Of a stretch of DNA of 19,532 bases, positions 1 to 7,653 are shown piece after piece (within the stretch, counting starts at the first letter, position 1; each line of letters starts with the position of its first letter). A program made the position numbers and the translations under genes. Origin of the DNA: Pyrobaculum sp. (lineage in GTDB: Archaea > Thermoproteota > Thermoprotei > Thermoproteales > Thermoproteaceae); the NCBI GenBank assembly GCA_046293555.1, contig JBKBOT010000031.1:1-19532 (forward strand), read 5' to 3'. The notes beneath the pieces are model-generated. The model made no database searches. It was given only the letters and a program-made list of their open reading frames with translations, and was not told the DNA's origin.

Positions 1-96
1 TGCAAGCTATGCGAAAGAGAAAAATACTGCACCACCCCATGCCCCACACTAACCCAAACCATAGAGCCAAAGATAAGAATATTGGTGAAGACGTAA
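1..96 (+). CDS. 3' end of a gene entering the window; Cys-rich C-terminus, possibly a radical SAM SPASM domain
   Basis: Frame 1 reads CKLCEREKYCTTPCPTLTQTIEPKIRILVKT*, with TAA at 94-96 abutting the stop of the convergent gene at 97. The CX2CX5CX3C spacing matches SPASM auxiliary Fe-S motifs; the CX2CX5C part also fits Cas4-like C-termini. Confidence 0.5.
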   Translation, partial: CKLCEREKYCTTPCPTLTQTIEPKIRILVKT

Positions 97-384
97 CTAC
101 AACGTCTCTAGTATTTCGCTTATTTTTCTGTAGTCTGTATCCCATAGCGGGGAGTTGCGGGGGATAAAACACCGCACGCGTCTATTTTCTACCAAGCACC
201 GCATATACCCCCTCTCTGCTAGCGTTCTAAACACCTGGCCGACGACATATGGCGACACGTTGGCGCTTGCGGCAACCTCGCTTGGCCATATCGCCACCAC
301 CTGTCCCTGGGCCTGTCTTATCACCTGCGATATGGCTATGGCGATTCTACACAAAACGCCGCAGTTTTGTGGAAAGGACTTCAC
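97..384 (-). CDS. Small hypothetical protein, probable winged-helix DNA-binding fold
   Basis: 95 aa, GTG start. PSEVAASANVSPYVVGQVFRTLAERGYM is an HTH-like pattern followed by a beta-hairpin-like wing. TTTTTTAAAA (411-402) begins 27 bp upstream. Confidence 0.6.
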   Translation of the reverse strand: MKSFPQNCGVLCRIAIAISQVIRQAQGQVVAIWPSEVAASANVSPYVVGQVFRTLAERGYMRCLVENRRVRCFIPRNSPLWDTDYRKISEILETL

Positions 385-403
385 GTAAGAAGGTTAACTG
401 TTT

Positions 404-724
404 TTAAAAAAGCGTTGGGAGGAAGAGGCTGAATACCCCATTTATTATATATATCAAGACTGCTAGCGCCAAGGCGCCTAGCCACCCCACGCCTTGGAGT
501 TTCCTCAAGGCGTAGAGCCAGATGAAGAAGGCCAATATGCCGCTTATTACTGGTATGCGAAATATAGAGTAAAATAGCCAAAAGATCAACGCGCCTGCTA
601 ATGCGGTGAGAGCCGCCCCGGCGAGACTCTCCCGTTTTTGCCTCCCGGGGAAAATCTTTAACGCGAGCCATATGGCTATAGTGGTGACTATCCACCCCAC
701 TAGAATACCGACTATATTCGCCAT
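404..724 (-). CDS. Small integral membrane protein (about 4 TM), loosely YvlD/4-TMS holin-like
   Basis: 106 aa with four hydrophobic segments; ATG start with TATATAAA beginning 27 bp upstream. The family assignment is pattern-level only. Confidence 0.65.
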   Translation of the reverse strand: MANIVGILVGWIVTTIAIWLALKIFPGRQKRESLAGAALTALAGALIFWLFYSIFRIPVISGILAFFIWLYALRKLQGVGWLGALALAVLIYIINGVFSLFLPTLF

Positions 725-743
725 GGCGTTTTCCTAGGAGTAG

Positions 744-751
744 TTTATATA
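744..751. promoter_or_regulatory. Single bidirectional TATA box (TTTATATA / TATATAAA)
   Basis: Its first base is 27 bp from ATG 771 on + and 27 bp from ATG 724 on -. Flanked by the inverted repeat GGAGTAG (737-743) / CTACTCC (759-765). Confidence 0.6.
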
Positions 752-770
752 CTTTGGCCTACTCCAGCCT

Positions 771-983
771 ATGGATGTGCTCGACGTGCCGGGATGTCCC
801 GAGGGGTCGCTTAGAGTAGTGTCGTACATACAGGAAAGACAGCCTGCCGTCCTCGTGGTGAGAACTCCCGACGCCGATTGTGTAAAAGTACTACAGTTAG
901 TACTCCCCCTTTTTGACTACTCCGTGGTGGAGACCACAAGCGGAGACATCTATATGCTTAAAGTGAAGAGGCGAGACGTCTAG
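771..983 (+). CDS. TusA/SirA-like small protein (putative sulfur carrier)
   Basis: 70 aa. N-terminal LDVPGCPEG resembles the TusA LDxxGxxCPxP motif and C-terminal YMLKVKR resembles TusA YxxxIRK; size fits. Confidence 0.6.
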   Translation: MDVLDVPGCPEGSLRVVSYIQERQPAVLVVRTPDADCVKVLQLVLPLFDYSVVETTSGDIYMLKVKRRDV

Positions 984-2070
984 CTCTACACTCGTCGCAT
1001 AGATATATGTGGTCGCTAGAGACGCCGCTTTTCTCAAGCCTTCTCGCCAAGGCTCTGGCCATAGTTCCGCCATAGGGCAGCTCTTTGCCACATGAGGTAC
1101 ATCTAGCTGGACTGTCTCTATATAACACCTCGGCTTGGTAGGGACTCTCTACGGCGGCCTCTCTAACATCTATCACCTTCTCTGGACATTTCTCCACACA
1201 GACGCCACAAGCCACACAGAGCGCGGGGGCTATGGCGAGCTGGAAGTTTTTAATAGATAGGGCTCTTGTGGGGCAGGTGTTAACACATGCGCCACATAGC
1301 GTACACCCATCTCCCACTTTTAGCACCCCCGTGGGCATCCCCACAGTCACTGCAGCTAGCCTGGTCTGCCACCTGTCGCCCGGGTCGAGTGGGGCCTTTT
1401 TCGCCTTTACTACAAACTCTCTCCCCTCTCTGACAAAACCCGCGGCCCATATCTCCACCGCCCTCCACAAGGGGCAGCTCTCCCCCCTGGAGCAATAAGC
1501 TCTAGCCTCGCCATGTTTGGAGGCGGCTATGTATAGATATTGTTTTGGCGCCGCGGCTATACACTTTACCCTCACGCCTTCTATATCTGTATCAAGCATG
1601 CCGTAGTCACATACAAGCCGCAGAGGCCCTGGCGACGTCTTGACTAACTCTGCCAAAAAGCCGTCGGGGATGGAGGGCATCTGGACGGCCCCCACGGGGC
1701 AGAGGGAGTTACACAGCCCGCAGTCGACACATCTGTCGTATCTAATCTGTACATACTCCTTCTCTCTATACATCACGGCGGAGGTGGGGCACTTCTCTAG
1801 ACATAACCTGCACCAGACACATTTATCCATATCGACGATGACTGTATCTCTCAGCTTGATAAACCCCCCAGTCAACAGCTCCCGCCTGGTGGCAATCCCC
1901 ACCCCGGCGGGGGGTAGGCGGGTCCACCCAGCCTCCCCCACATATCTCTCAGCCACGGACTTAAACCACTGTCCGTGAGGCCCCCTGTAGGCATATATCA
2001 GGGGGGCGTCTGATCTAGAGAGGTCCTGACGCCCCTTTATAATAACCACCGCGGGTTTATCTCGACTCAC
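958..2070 (-). CDS. Polyferredoxin (four 4Fe-4S motifs) with additional Cys-containing domains
   Basis: CVWCRLCLEKCP, CVDCGLCNSLCP, CTLCGACVNTCP, CVACGVCVEKCP; central C..C..C..C region; C-terminal CTSC...CDEC. GTG start; T-rich TATA-like run at 2095-2087. Confidence 0.85.
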   Translation of the reverse strand: MSRDKPAVVIIKGRQDLSRSDAPLIYAYRGPHGQWFKSVAERYVGEAGWTRLPPAGVGIATRRELLTGGFIKLRDTVIVDMDKCVWCRLCLEKCPTSAVMYREKEYVQIRYDRCVDCGLCNSLCPVGAVQMPSIPDGFLAELVKTSPGPLRLVCDYGMLDTDIEGVRVKCIAAAPKQYLYIAASKHGEARAYCSRGESCPLWRAVEIWAAGFVREGREFVVKAKKAPLDPGDRWQTRLAAVTVGMPTGVLKVGDGCTLCGACVNTCPTRALSIKNFQLAIAPALCVACGVCVEKCPEKVIDVREAAVESPYQAEVLYRDSPARCTSCGKELPYGGTMARALARRLEKSGVSSDHIYLCDECRARRLASSL

Positions 2071-2102
2071 ATATAGAAATGGGGAGTATAAAAAAGACGG
2101 GG

Positions 2103-3200
2103 TTACGACTCTGGAATTTCTGCGATAAACCTCCTATATATCGCATAATATGCCGCAGATATAAACGTCGCTATGGACAAAACCAGAAACGCCAGTATTA
2201 CATACACCACTGGGGTAGGTATCTCGATGTAGAAATTGGCGAAAAGCGCGACGGGCAGCCCCCGGTCGCCTACAAGCACCATGTTGGGGTACCTAGCCCC
2301 GCCGTTTAGCGCCTCGCCTAGCAACACTATAAACAACGCCAGCGGGCCTAGCCACCTGGCGGCATCAACCACAACGCCTCTCTTAGCCGACGCCAGGGCT
2401 TTAAATCCCAACACAGCCAAGGCGGCAATAGCCGCCACCTTTATCCCGAGGAGGGGGAGGTATGTTGTATTGACGGCGTCAAACAGAAGCGGCGAGTATT
2501 GACCTAAGCTGAGCCAGTAGGCTGGCCCAAAGACGAGCTGCGCCAGTAGTAAGGCCAGCCCCACCTTGGCGCCAAGTCTTACGCCTCTCACATCTCTCTC
2601 TAGGGCCAGTAGGCTGGCCACCACAAATCCGCCTACAGAAATCACCGCGGCGACTGTGTGTAGATATAACGTCCAGAAGAGCGGGTTGACATACGGCATG
2701 AAGCCCGGGTTTAAGCCGGTCTGTAGGTAATACCCCACCGCATGTGGGTAGTTAATTTCTGCAAATACCGCACGGAAGCCGAGGGGGACAAAGAAGCCAG
2801 ATATGGCCATGACCCACATGACGGCGGCGTGTCTCCCTGGGTCTATCTTACCCCATGTATACCAACTGATGGCAATAGCTGGAATCCGCACCATTATGGC
2901 GGCGATTGCTATCGCTATGGGGATAAATAGGGTGTTTGTAGCCAGTGTGGTCAACGCGGTGAAGAAGCCGGCGAGAAAGACCGTAATTATCGTGCCCCAA
3001 ACCCCTGAGAACAGCTCAGATACTATCAAGACTTTAAACGCCTTTCTCGCAAATAGCTCATACCAGCCGTCATTTGTCCTGACGGCCATGTGTCTAGCCC
3101 ACGCCGAGATGAGGCCAGTGCCCAAAGTCATTGAGACAAATATCACATGTAAAACCACGGCGAGGCCCAGCCCGGCGAAGCCTAGAAATACCGCCTCCAT
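2103..3200 (-). CDS. Cytochrome bd oxidase CydA' (subunit I paralog in place of CydB)
   Basis: Multi-TM protein with a CydA-like N-terminus (LHVIFVSMTLG, His19 equivalent), LYLHTV (His186 equivalent) and a degenerate GRQPW motif (GARYPN). Starts 1 bp after the cydA stop, with GTGGAG upstream. Confidence 0.8.
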   Translation of the reverse strand: MEAVFLGFAGLGLAVVLHVIFVSMTLGTGLISAWARHMAVRTNDGWYELFARKAFKVLIVSELFSGVWGTIITVFLAGFFTALTTLATNTLFIPIAIAIAAIMVRIPAIAISWYTWGKIDPGRHAAVMWVMAISGFFVPLGFRAVFAEINYPHAVGYYLQTGLNPGFMPYVNPLFWTLYLHTVAAVISVGGFVVASLLALERDVRGVRLGAKVGLALLLAQLVFGPAYWLSLGQYSPLLFDAVNTTYLPLLGIKVAAIAALAVLGFKALASAKRGVVVDAARWLGPLALFIVLLGEALNGGARYPNMVLVGDRGLPVALFANFYIEIPTPVVYVILAFLVLSIATFISAAYYAIYRRFIAEIPES

Positions 3201-3201
3201 A

Positions 3202-4785
3202 TTACTCCACGCCAGCCCCCTTTCTTAACAACTCGAGGAATTTATACCCCCTAGTGGCCACTAGATACATGGCGTAAAGCCCGCCGAATCCCACGGCGAG
3301 AATCACTATGTATGCAAATGCCAGAAAGCCGGGAGATGTGGCGTAAGGCACTGGCGTCATTATCTCGCTGGGGTATAACAGGCCGTATACAGTCCAGGGC
3401 TTTCTGCCAATTTCTCTAACTGCCCACCCCCCTACAGCTGGAATTACTGTACCTAACACAGCCAACAGAGAGAGGATAAACAGCCCCCTCCCCTCTCCTC
3501 CAAGCGCCGTGGCTATTCTTCTAGCCAGCGTAGTTAAGCCAGGCGTCTTGACGAAATAGAAGAAAAGAGCTAAGGCGGCAAAGCCGCCTATTATCGCAAA
3601 GAAGACCTTTGTGTAGAAGGTATAGTGGATTAACGACATGTAAGACTCAGCTCTCTGTAGGTCAGCTATACACAAGTCTTTCAACTTTACGCCGGCCACT
3701 GCGCTTACGTCCACCGCGCCTAACGCCTCTAGGTATTTACCTAGCCCCAGCCGGGCTGCCACATCTCCTAGCGTCACCTCGCCGTGTTTTTCACAACTGG
3801 CATAAAGCTGGTCAAAGCCTACAATTGGGCGGTTGGGGTCGCCGTATGCCAGCCACGCTATTAGCGGATTGTGGTAAGTCTCCCTTGCCCCCTCCATAAG
3901 GGCGAACTTAGTTGGGTTGTATTTCACCACCGCCTCGCCCATAAAGTGGGCCACTATAGGTGCCTGTATTACGAAAATGACCAAAAAGGAGATAGCCATG
4001 GGCTTTACGATTTTTAGATATCTAGAGTCGCCCGTCTTGTAGTACCTATAGAGCCACCCAGCTATAGCTACAGCCAGCCCAATCAACGTGGCCCCAATAA
4101 TGTTGTGAAATATGGAGATTAACGCATAGGGGCTGTACATAGCCACCATGGGGTCTGTCAACACTACTCCCACCCTTTCGGCCAAGCCAGGCTGCTGTAT
4201 GAGTATAGATATCGGGTGGCCGGCGGCCAGCGCGGCCACTTTTAACGCAACTAACTTCGGCACGTCTGTTGCCAACGGGCCGTACTCCGGCATGAAGGGA
4301 TATAGCGCCTGGGCCAGGGGGCCGGTGCCCCAAGGCGCTTGCATCCAGCTATTCACAGCAGTGATCAAAACGCCGGAGAAATACGCAAAGGCGGCGTAGA
4401 CTATGAGTATAGCTAAACTGACAGGCGGCCTCACTTTGCCCAACGTGACGATAAATAATATCAAAAACGCAACTTCGTTAGAAAAGGCGATAAGCTCAAG
4501 CGCCAGGGGGGCAAACGCAAATGTGGCAATGGCGAGATTGACGCCAGGCCATATCTGCACGAGGCCGAATTCCACAAGGGTGCCCATAATCGCGCCCAAC
4601 GCGAAGTTTACCGCCAGGACTGCAGTCATTATGCGGGCGGCTTTTAGATAGTCGCCATCGCCAGTACGCCACCATTTCCACAACATGGCGCCGATGGCTA
4701 CAGGCAGCCCAAAAGTCAACGAGATAAACACGCCGTGGAAATATACGCCTAACGCGCTTAGTGGGAGAAGTGGGTTTGGATCCAT
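3202..4785 (-). CDS. cydA: Cytochrome bd-type quinol oxidase subunit I
   Basis: FHGVFISLTFG (H19), APLALE..SNE (E99/E107), NSWMQAP, FHN (H186), NPTKFALMEG (Q-loop K252/E257), GWAVREIGRKPW (E445/R448); E. coli numbering. Confidence 0.93.
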   Translation of the reverse strand: MDPNPLLPLSALGVYFHGVFISLTFGLPVAIGAMLWKWWRTGDGDYLKAARIMTAVLAVNFALGAIMGTLVEFGLVQIWPGVNLAIATFAFAPLALELIAFSNEVAFLILFIVTLGKVRPPVSLAILIVYAAFAYFSGVLITAVNSWMQAPWGTGPLAQALYPFMPEYGPLATDVPKLVALKVAALAAGHPISILIQQPGLAERVGVVLTDPMVAMYSPYALISIFHNIIGATLIGLAVAIAGWLYRYYKTGDSRYLKIVKPMAISFLVIFVIQAPIVAHFMGEAVVKYNPTKFALMEGARETYHNPLIAWLAYGDPNRPIVGFDQLYASCEKHGEVTLGDVAARLGLGKYLEALGAVDVSAVAGVKLKDLCIADLQRAESYMSLIHYTFYTKVFFAIIGGFAALALFFYFVKTPGLTTLARRIATALGGEGRGLFILSLLAVLGTVIPAVGGWAVREIGRKPWTVYGLLYPSEIMTPVPYATSPGFLAFAYIVILAVGFGGLYAMYLVATRGYKFLELLRKGAGVE

Positions 4786-4879
4786 GCCAAAATCGATATT
4801 TACCCAGAAATATTTTTTGGAACAACCCGCCTGGCTTTACAACTATATATGTTCTAACAGTGGGGGGATATGTATATTG

Positions 4880-5296
4880 TTATTCCTGTGTCTTAGGCCA
4901 CCTCGCGCTTTCGCCTAGCTCTTTTAGAACTGGGTCTTCTAGAAAGTCTCGAACTGAGAGCACCCCCACGGCCTTTCCCGTGTTGTCCACCAGGATGACA
5001 TGTCTAACTCCTCTCTTCCTCATGGCGACTAAGACTTGGTAAACCCCATCTTCGGGTTTTGCGGTAAGTAAGTCTTTTGATGTGCCTACCTCAAGGGCTT
5101 TGGCTGTATTTGGGACACCTCTAGCCATCGCCCTGACTAGATCTTTTTCCGTCACTATCCCCAGGGGCCTTCCCTCCGTGTCTACTATAACCACGGCGCC
5201 TATGTTGTGAGCCGCCATTACTGCCGCAACTTCCCCCACCGTGGCGTCTACATGTAACGTCACGGGGGGTCTCTTGGCCAGATCTCCAACCTTCAT
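4880..5296 (-). CDS. Stand-alone CBS-domain pair protein
   Basis: IGAVVIVD..GIVTEKD and VRHVILVD..GVLSVRD CBS motifs. Start placed at ATG 5296 (138 aa) because it then aligns without gaps to the paralog at 5734-6150; ATG 5314 is the alternative. Confidence 0.9.
   Translation of the reverse strand: MKVGDLAKRPPVTLHVDATVGEVAAVMAAHNIGAVVIVDTEGRPLGIVTEKDLVRAMARGVPNTAKALEVGTSKDLLTAKPEDGVYQVLVAMRKRGVRHVILVDNTGKAVGVLSVRDFLEDPVLKELGESARWPKTQE
5156..5219. repeat. 64-bp direct repeat, copy 1 (copy 2 at 6010-6073)
   Basis: 63/64 identical; the only mismatch is 5171 T vs 6025 C. Confidence 0.95.
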
Positions 5297-5347
5297 AATT
5301 CCGATGGTTTGCATATTTTTATTTATGACTTCATAATTTACTAAATG

Positions 5348-5737
5348 TTATCTACAGATTTGCCGAAGGGCTTGTGGGTTTATTATATCTCTGATTGAAA
5401 CAACGCCGACCATCTTGCCGCCTTCTGTAACAACCAGGTGTCTGATGTTATTTATCCACATGAGTTCAGCCGCCTTCTCCACCGGCTCTTCTGCGCCTAT
5501 GGTAACCAACGTGGTGGACATAAAGGCCTCTACGGGGGTGGAGAGAGGCATCCTCATGCTTATAGCCCTCACGATGTCTCTTTCAGACAACACCGCCATC
5601 GGCATGTTGGGATTTTCTGGATTTACCACAACTAACGCGCCTACAGAGTGTTTAGCCAACAGGTCTGCCGCCTCGAGAAGCGTGACGTTAGGCGTGATGG
5701 TCAGCGGCGGCTTTCTTATAAGCTCTCTTATCTTCAT
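5348..5737 (-). CDS. Stand-alone CBS-domain pair protein
   Basis: VGALVVV..VLSERD and IRHLVV..GVVSIRD; ATGA overlap (5734-5737) with the upstream CBS gene. Confidence 0.9.
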   Translation of the reverse strand: MKIRELIRKPPLTITPNVTLLEAADLLAKHSVGALVVVNPENPNMPMAVLSERDIVRAISMRMPLSTPVEAFMSTTLVTIGAEEPVEKAAELMWINNIRHLVVTEGGKMVGVVSIRDIINPQALRQICR

Positions 5738-6150
5738 TCCTCCGGCTTAGGCCACCAGACCCTGTCGCCCAGGCTTTTCAACGCCCTGTCTTCCAGCAGG
5801 TCTCTTATCGACAAGACGCCAGCTACCTTGCCCAAATCGTCTACCACAATTAGGTGCCGCACCTTTCTCTCCCTCATTTTCTCCATCGCCTCATATATGT
5901 CGTCATCCATTTTAGCCACGACGAGATCTCTGGCGGTGCCCACCTCTAGCGCCTTGGCCGTCAGCGGGGTCTTCTTGGCGATGGCGCGGAGCACATCTCT
6001 TTCCGTAATTATCCCCAGGGGCCTCCCCTCCGTGTCTACTATAACCACGGCGCCTATGTTGTGAGCCGCCATTTGCGCCACGGCTTCTTCCACTGTGGCC
6101 TCTGCGTGTAGCGCCACAGGCGGCTTTTTGAGAAAATCTCTCACCCTCAT
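5734..6150 (-). CDS. Stand-alone CBS-domain pair protein
   Basis: GIITERD and VRHLIVVD..GVLSIRD; ATGA overlap (6147-6150) with the ppcA stop. Confidence 0.92.
   Translation of the reverse strand: MRVRDFLKKPPVALHAEATVEEAVAQMAAHNIGAVVIVDTEGRPLGIITERDVLRAIAKKTPLTAKALEVGTARDLVVAKMDDDIYEAMEKMRERKVRHLIVVDDLGKVAGVLSIRDLLEDRALKSLGDRVWWPKPEE
6010..6073. repeat. 64-bp direct repeat, copy 2 (copy 1 at 5156-5219)
   Basis: Encodes MAAHNIGAVVIVDTEGRPLGI in both CBS paralogs; 48 bp are perfectly identical (6026-6073 = 5172-5219). Confidence 0.95.
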
Positions 6151-7523
6151 CCCAAAAACTTGCGGAATTTCCCCATGGCGATTATGTTCGAGTCGCTTCT
6201 AGGCATTCTCAATAGCGTCAGATATGTGGGATTTGGCTTGGCGTCTATGCCGAGGTGATCCGCCATTTCTAACACGGCCTTTACGATCTCGCCGCCTAGA
6301 AACTTCTCTGCGGTCACCGGGTCGAAAAACTCCATGTCGTACTCCAATTCTTTTATATATGTGGGGAGGATCTTAAGGACTTTATCCAGCCTGCCCGATC
6401 TCGCCAGCTCTATGACATATGGCGCGTCTAAAAGCGTGGGGGGGACCCCCACGGCGTACCAAGTTGCAGTGTAGACAATTGCCCTCGGCATGTTCACCAC
6501 GGCGTCGCCATGGGAGAAAAGACGGCCGTACTCCTTCCAGCTGACCCTATCTCTGGTGCCAGGCACCAACCTGGCGACTTCTGTCACTCTATCCACATAT
6601 CTAAACACCAGGGAGCGGTATTTTGCAGAAGCCTCGGTGATTATAGCCACGACGTCTTCAGGGGGGCTGTGTCTAGCTTGACAACAGGCGTTTAAGATGG
6701 CCTCCCTAACTTTTATGTACTCTTCTAGCGATACGTCGTATCTCACGGCGGATTGTATCGTCGCCGTGTGGTAACCCGCGTATTGGACTACCTCAAGGTG
6801 GCAAAGCCTCGGGTTGTTCAACCCCCCGCGAAATGGCGGCGACCCCATGCCGATTATAGGCCTGATCTTTAGCCCCGCCTCTGCCTCCAGCCTGGAGGCA
6901 GAGGAGAGGGCGTAGGCTATAGAGAGGGCTGAGGCGAGGTGGCCGTGTTTCACAGCGGAGTCAGACTTGCCGAAAAACACCCTCACCTCCCCGTCGCCGT
7001 CTTTAAACACCTGTGTAAGTATTTCTTTCGCCTTTAGTTGCACCACGGCGTCTTCTATCAGGGGTATCACCTCCACATCTCCAATATCTACCCCAGTTTC
7101 CGACTTGTAGATCTCGTACTTCCTTTTTAACATCCTCCTCACTAACATCACCGTGTCTATATCTTCCACCATGGGCAGGATGACCCACCTGACGGCTTGC
7201 CTCCCGGCGTATTTCACAGAGAAGTAGTTAGCCACTATGGCCGCCTCTAGAGACAACATGGCGCGGTCAAACTCCTCGAGCTTGGGGTTGGGGAGACGTA
7301 CGGTTATATACCGCCGCTCTCCAAGAGGCACCTCGGACCTGAAGGCTTTCATCACGATGTCTTTCGGCTGTCCGTAGGGAGTCATCTTCCCCTCAAAGTC
7401 TACCATCACCTCGTCACATCCGTGAGCCGTGAAGGCCACTAACGCCTCGTCTACCTCTTCCCCAGCCGTAATCTTCACCGTGGCGTCTGGATGTTGTGTA
7501 CACATGAGCTTAGGTATATGCAT
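6147..7523 (-). CDS. ppcA: Archaeal-type phosphoenolpyruvate carboxylase
   Basis: IPKLMCTQHPD N-terminus, DEVMVDFEGK, VIPLIED, RVFFGKSDSA, GMGSPPFRGGL, TIQSAVRYD, PRAI; 458 aa. Confidence 0.95.
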   Translation of the reverse strand: MHIPKLMCTQHPDATVKITAGEEVDEALVAFTAHGCDEVMVDFEGKMTPYGQPKDIVMKAFRSEVPLGERRYITVRLPNPKLEEFDRAMLSLEAAIVANYFSVKYAGRQAVRWVILPMVEDIDTVMLVRRMLKRKYEIYKSETGVDIGDVEVIPLIEDAVVQLKAKEILTQVFKDGDGEVRVFFGKSDSAVKHGHLASALSIAYALSSASRLEAEAGLKIRPIIGMGSPPFRGGLNNPRLCHLEVVQYAGYHTATIQSAVRYDVSLEEYIKVREAILNACCQARHSPPEDVVAIITEASAKYRSLVFRYVDRVTEVARLVPGTRDRVSWKEYGRLFSHGDAVVNMPRAIVYTATWYAVGVPPTLLDAPYVIELARSGRLDKVLKILPTYIKELEYDMEFFDPVTAEKFLGGEIVKAVLEMADHLGIDAKPNPTYLTLLRMPRSDSNIIAMGKFRKFLG

Positions 7524-7544
7524 TACCTAACTACATAACCCCCC

Positions 7545-7551
7545 TAATAAA
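7545..7551 (-). promoter_or_regulatory. TATA box for ppcA
   Basis: Purine-rich BRE-like AGAAAAAAG followed by TTTATTA, beginning 28 bp before ATG 7523. Confidence 0.65.
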
Positions 7552-7575
7552 CTTTTTTCTCTATTTTAGATAACG

Positions 7576-7600
7576 ATAATTAGAAAGCTTTATAATTATT
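7576..7600. promoter_or_regulatory. 24-bp near-perfect palindrome, candidate transcription-factor site
   Basis: ATAATTAGAAAGCTTTATAATTAT (7576-7599, one mismatched pair), centred between the divergent TATA boxes; contains TTTATAATTAT, shared with 12089 and 14091. Confidence 0.65.
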
Positions 7601-7625
7601 AAAAAATCAATGGAAAAACATAAAC

Positions 7626-7631
7626 TTTAAG
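7626..7631 (+). promoter_or_regulatory. TATA box for the Zn-ADH gene
   Basis: TTTAAG after an A-rich stretch, beginning 28 bp before ATG 7654. Confidence 0.6.
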
Positions 7632-7653
7632 AGGGGGGCCATGTGGGATGTCA

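Noticed and set aside
404-724. Holin implying a provirus
   Set aside because: The resemblance is only in hydrophobic pattern, and there are no integrase, capsid or att features in the window.
5156-6073. 64-bp repeats as CRISPR, IS ends or a DGR template/variable pair
   Set aside because: Only two in-frame coding copies with a single synonymous difference; no spacers, transposase or reverse transcriptase in the window.
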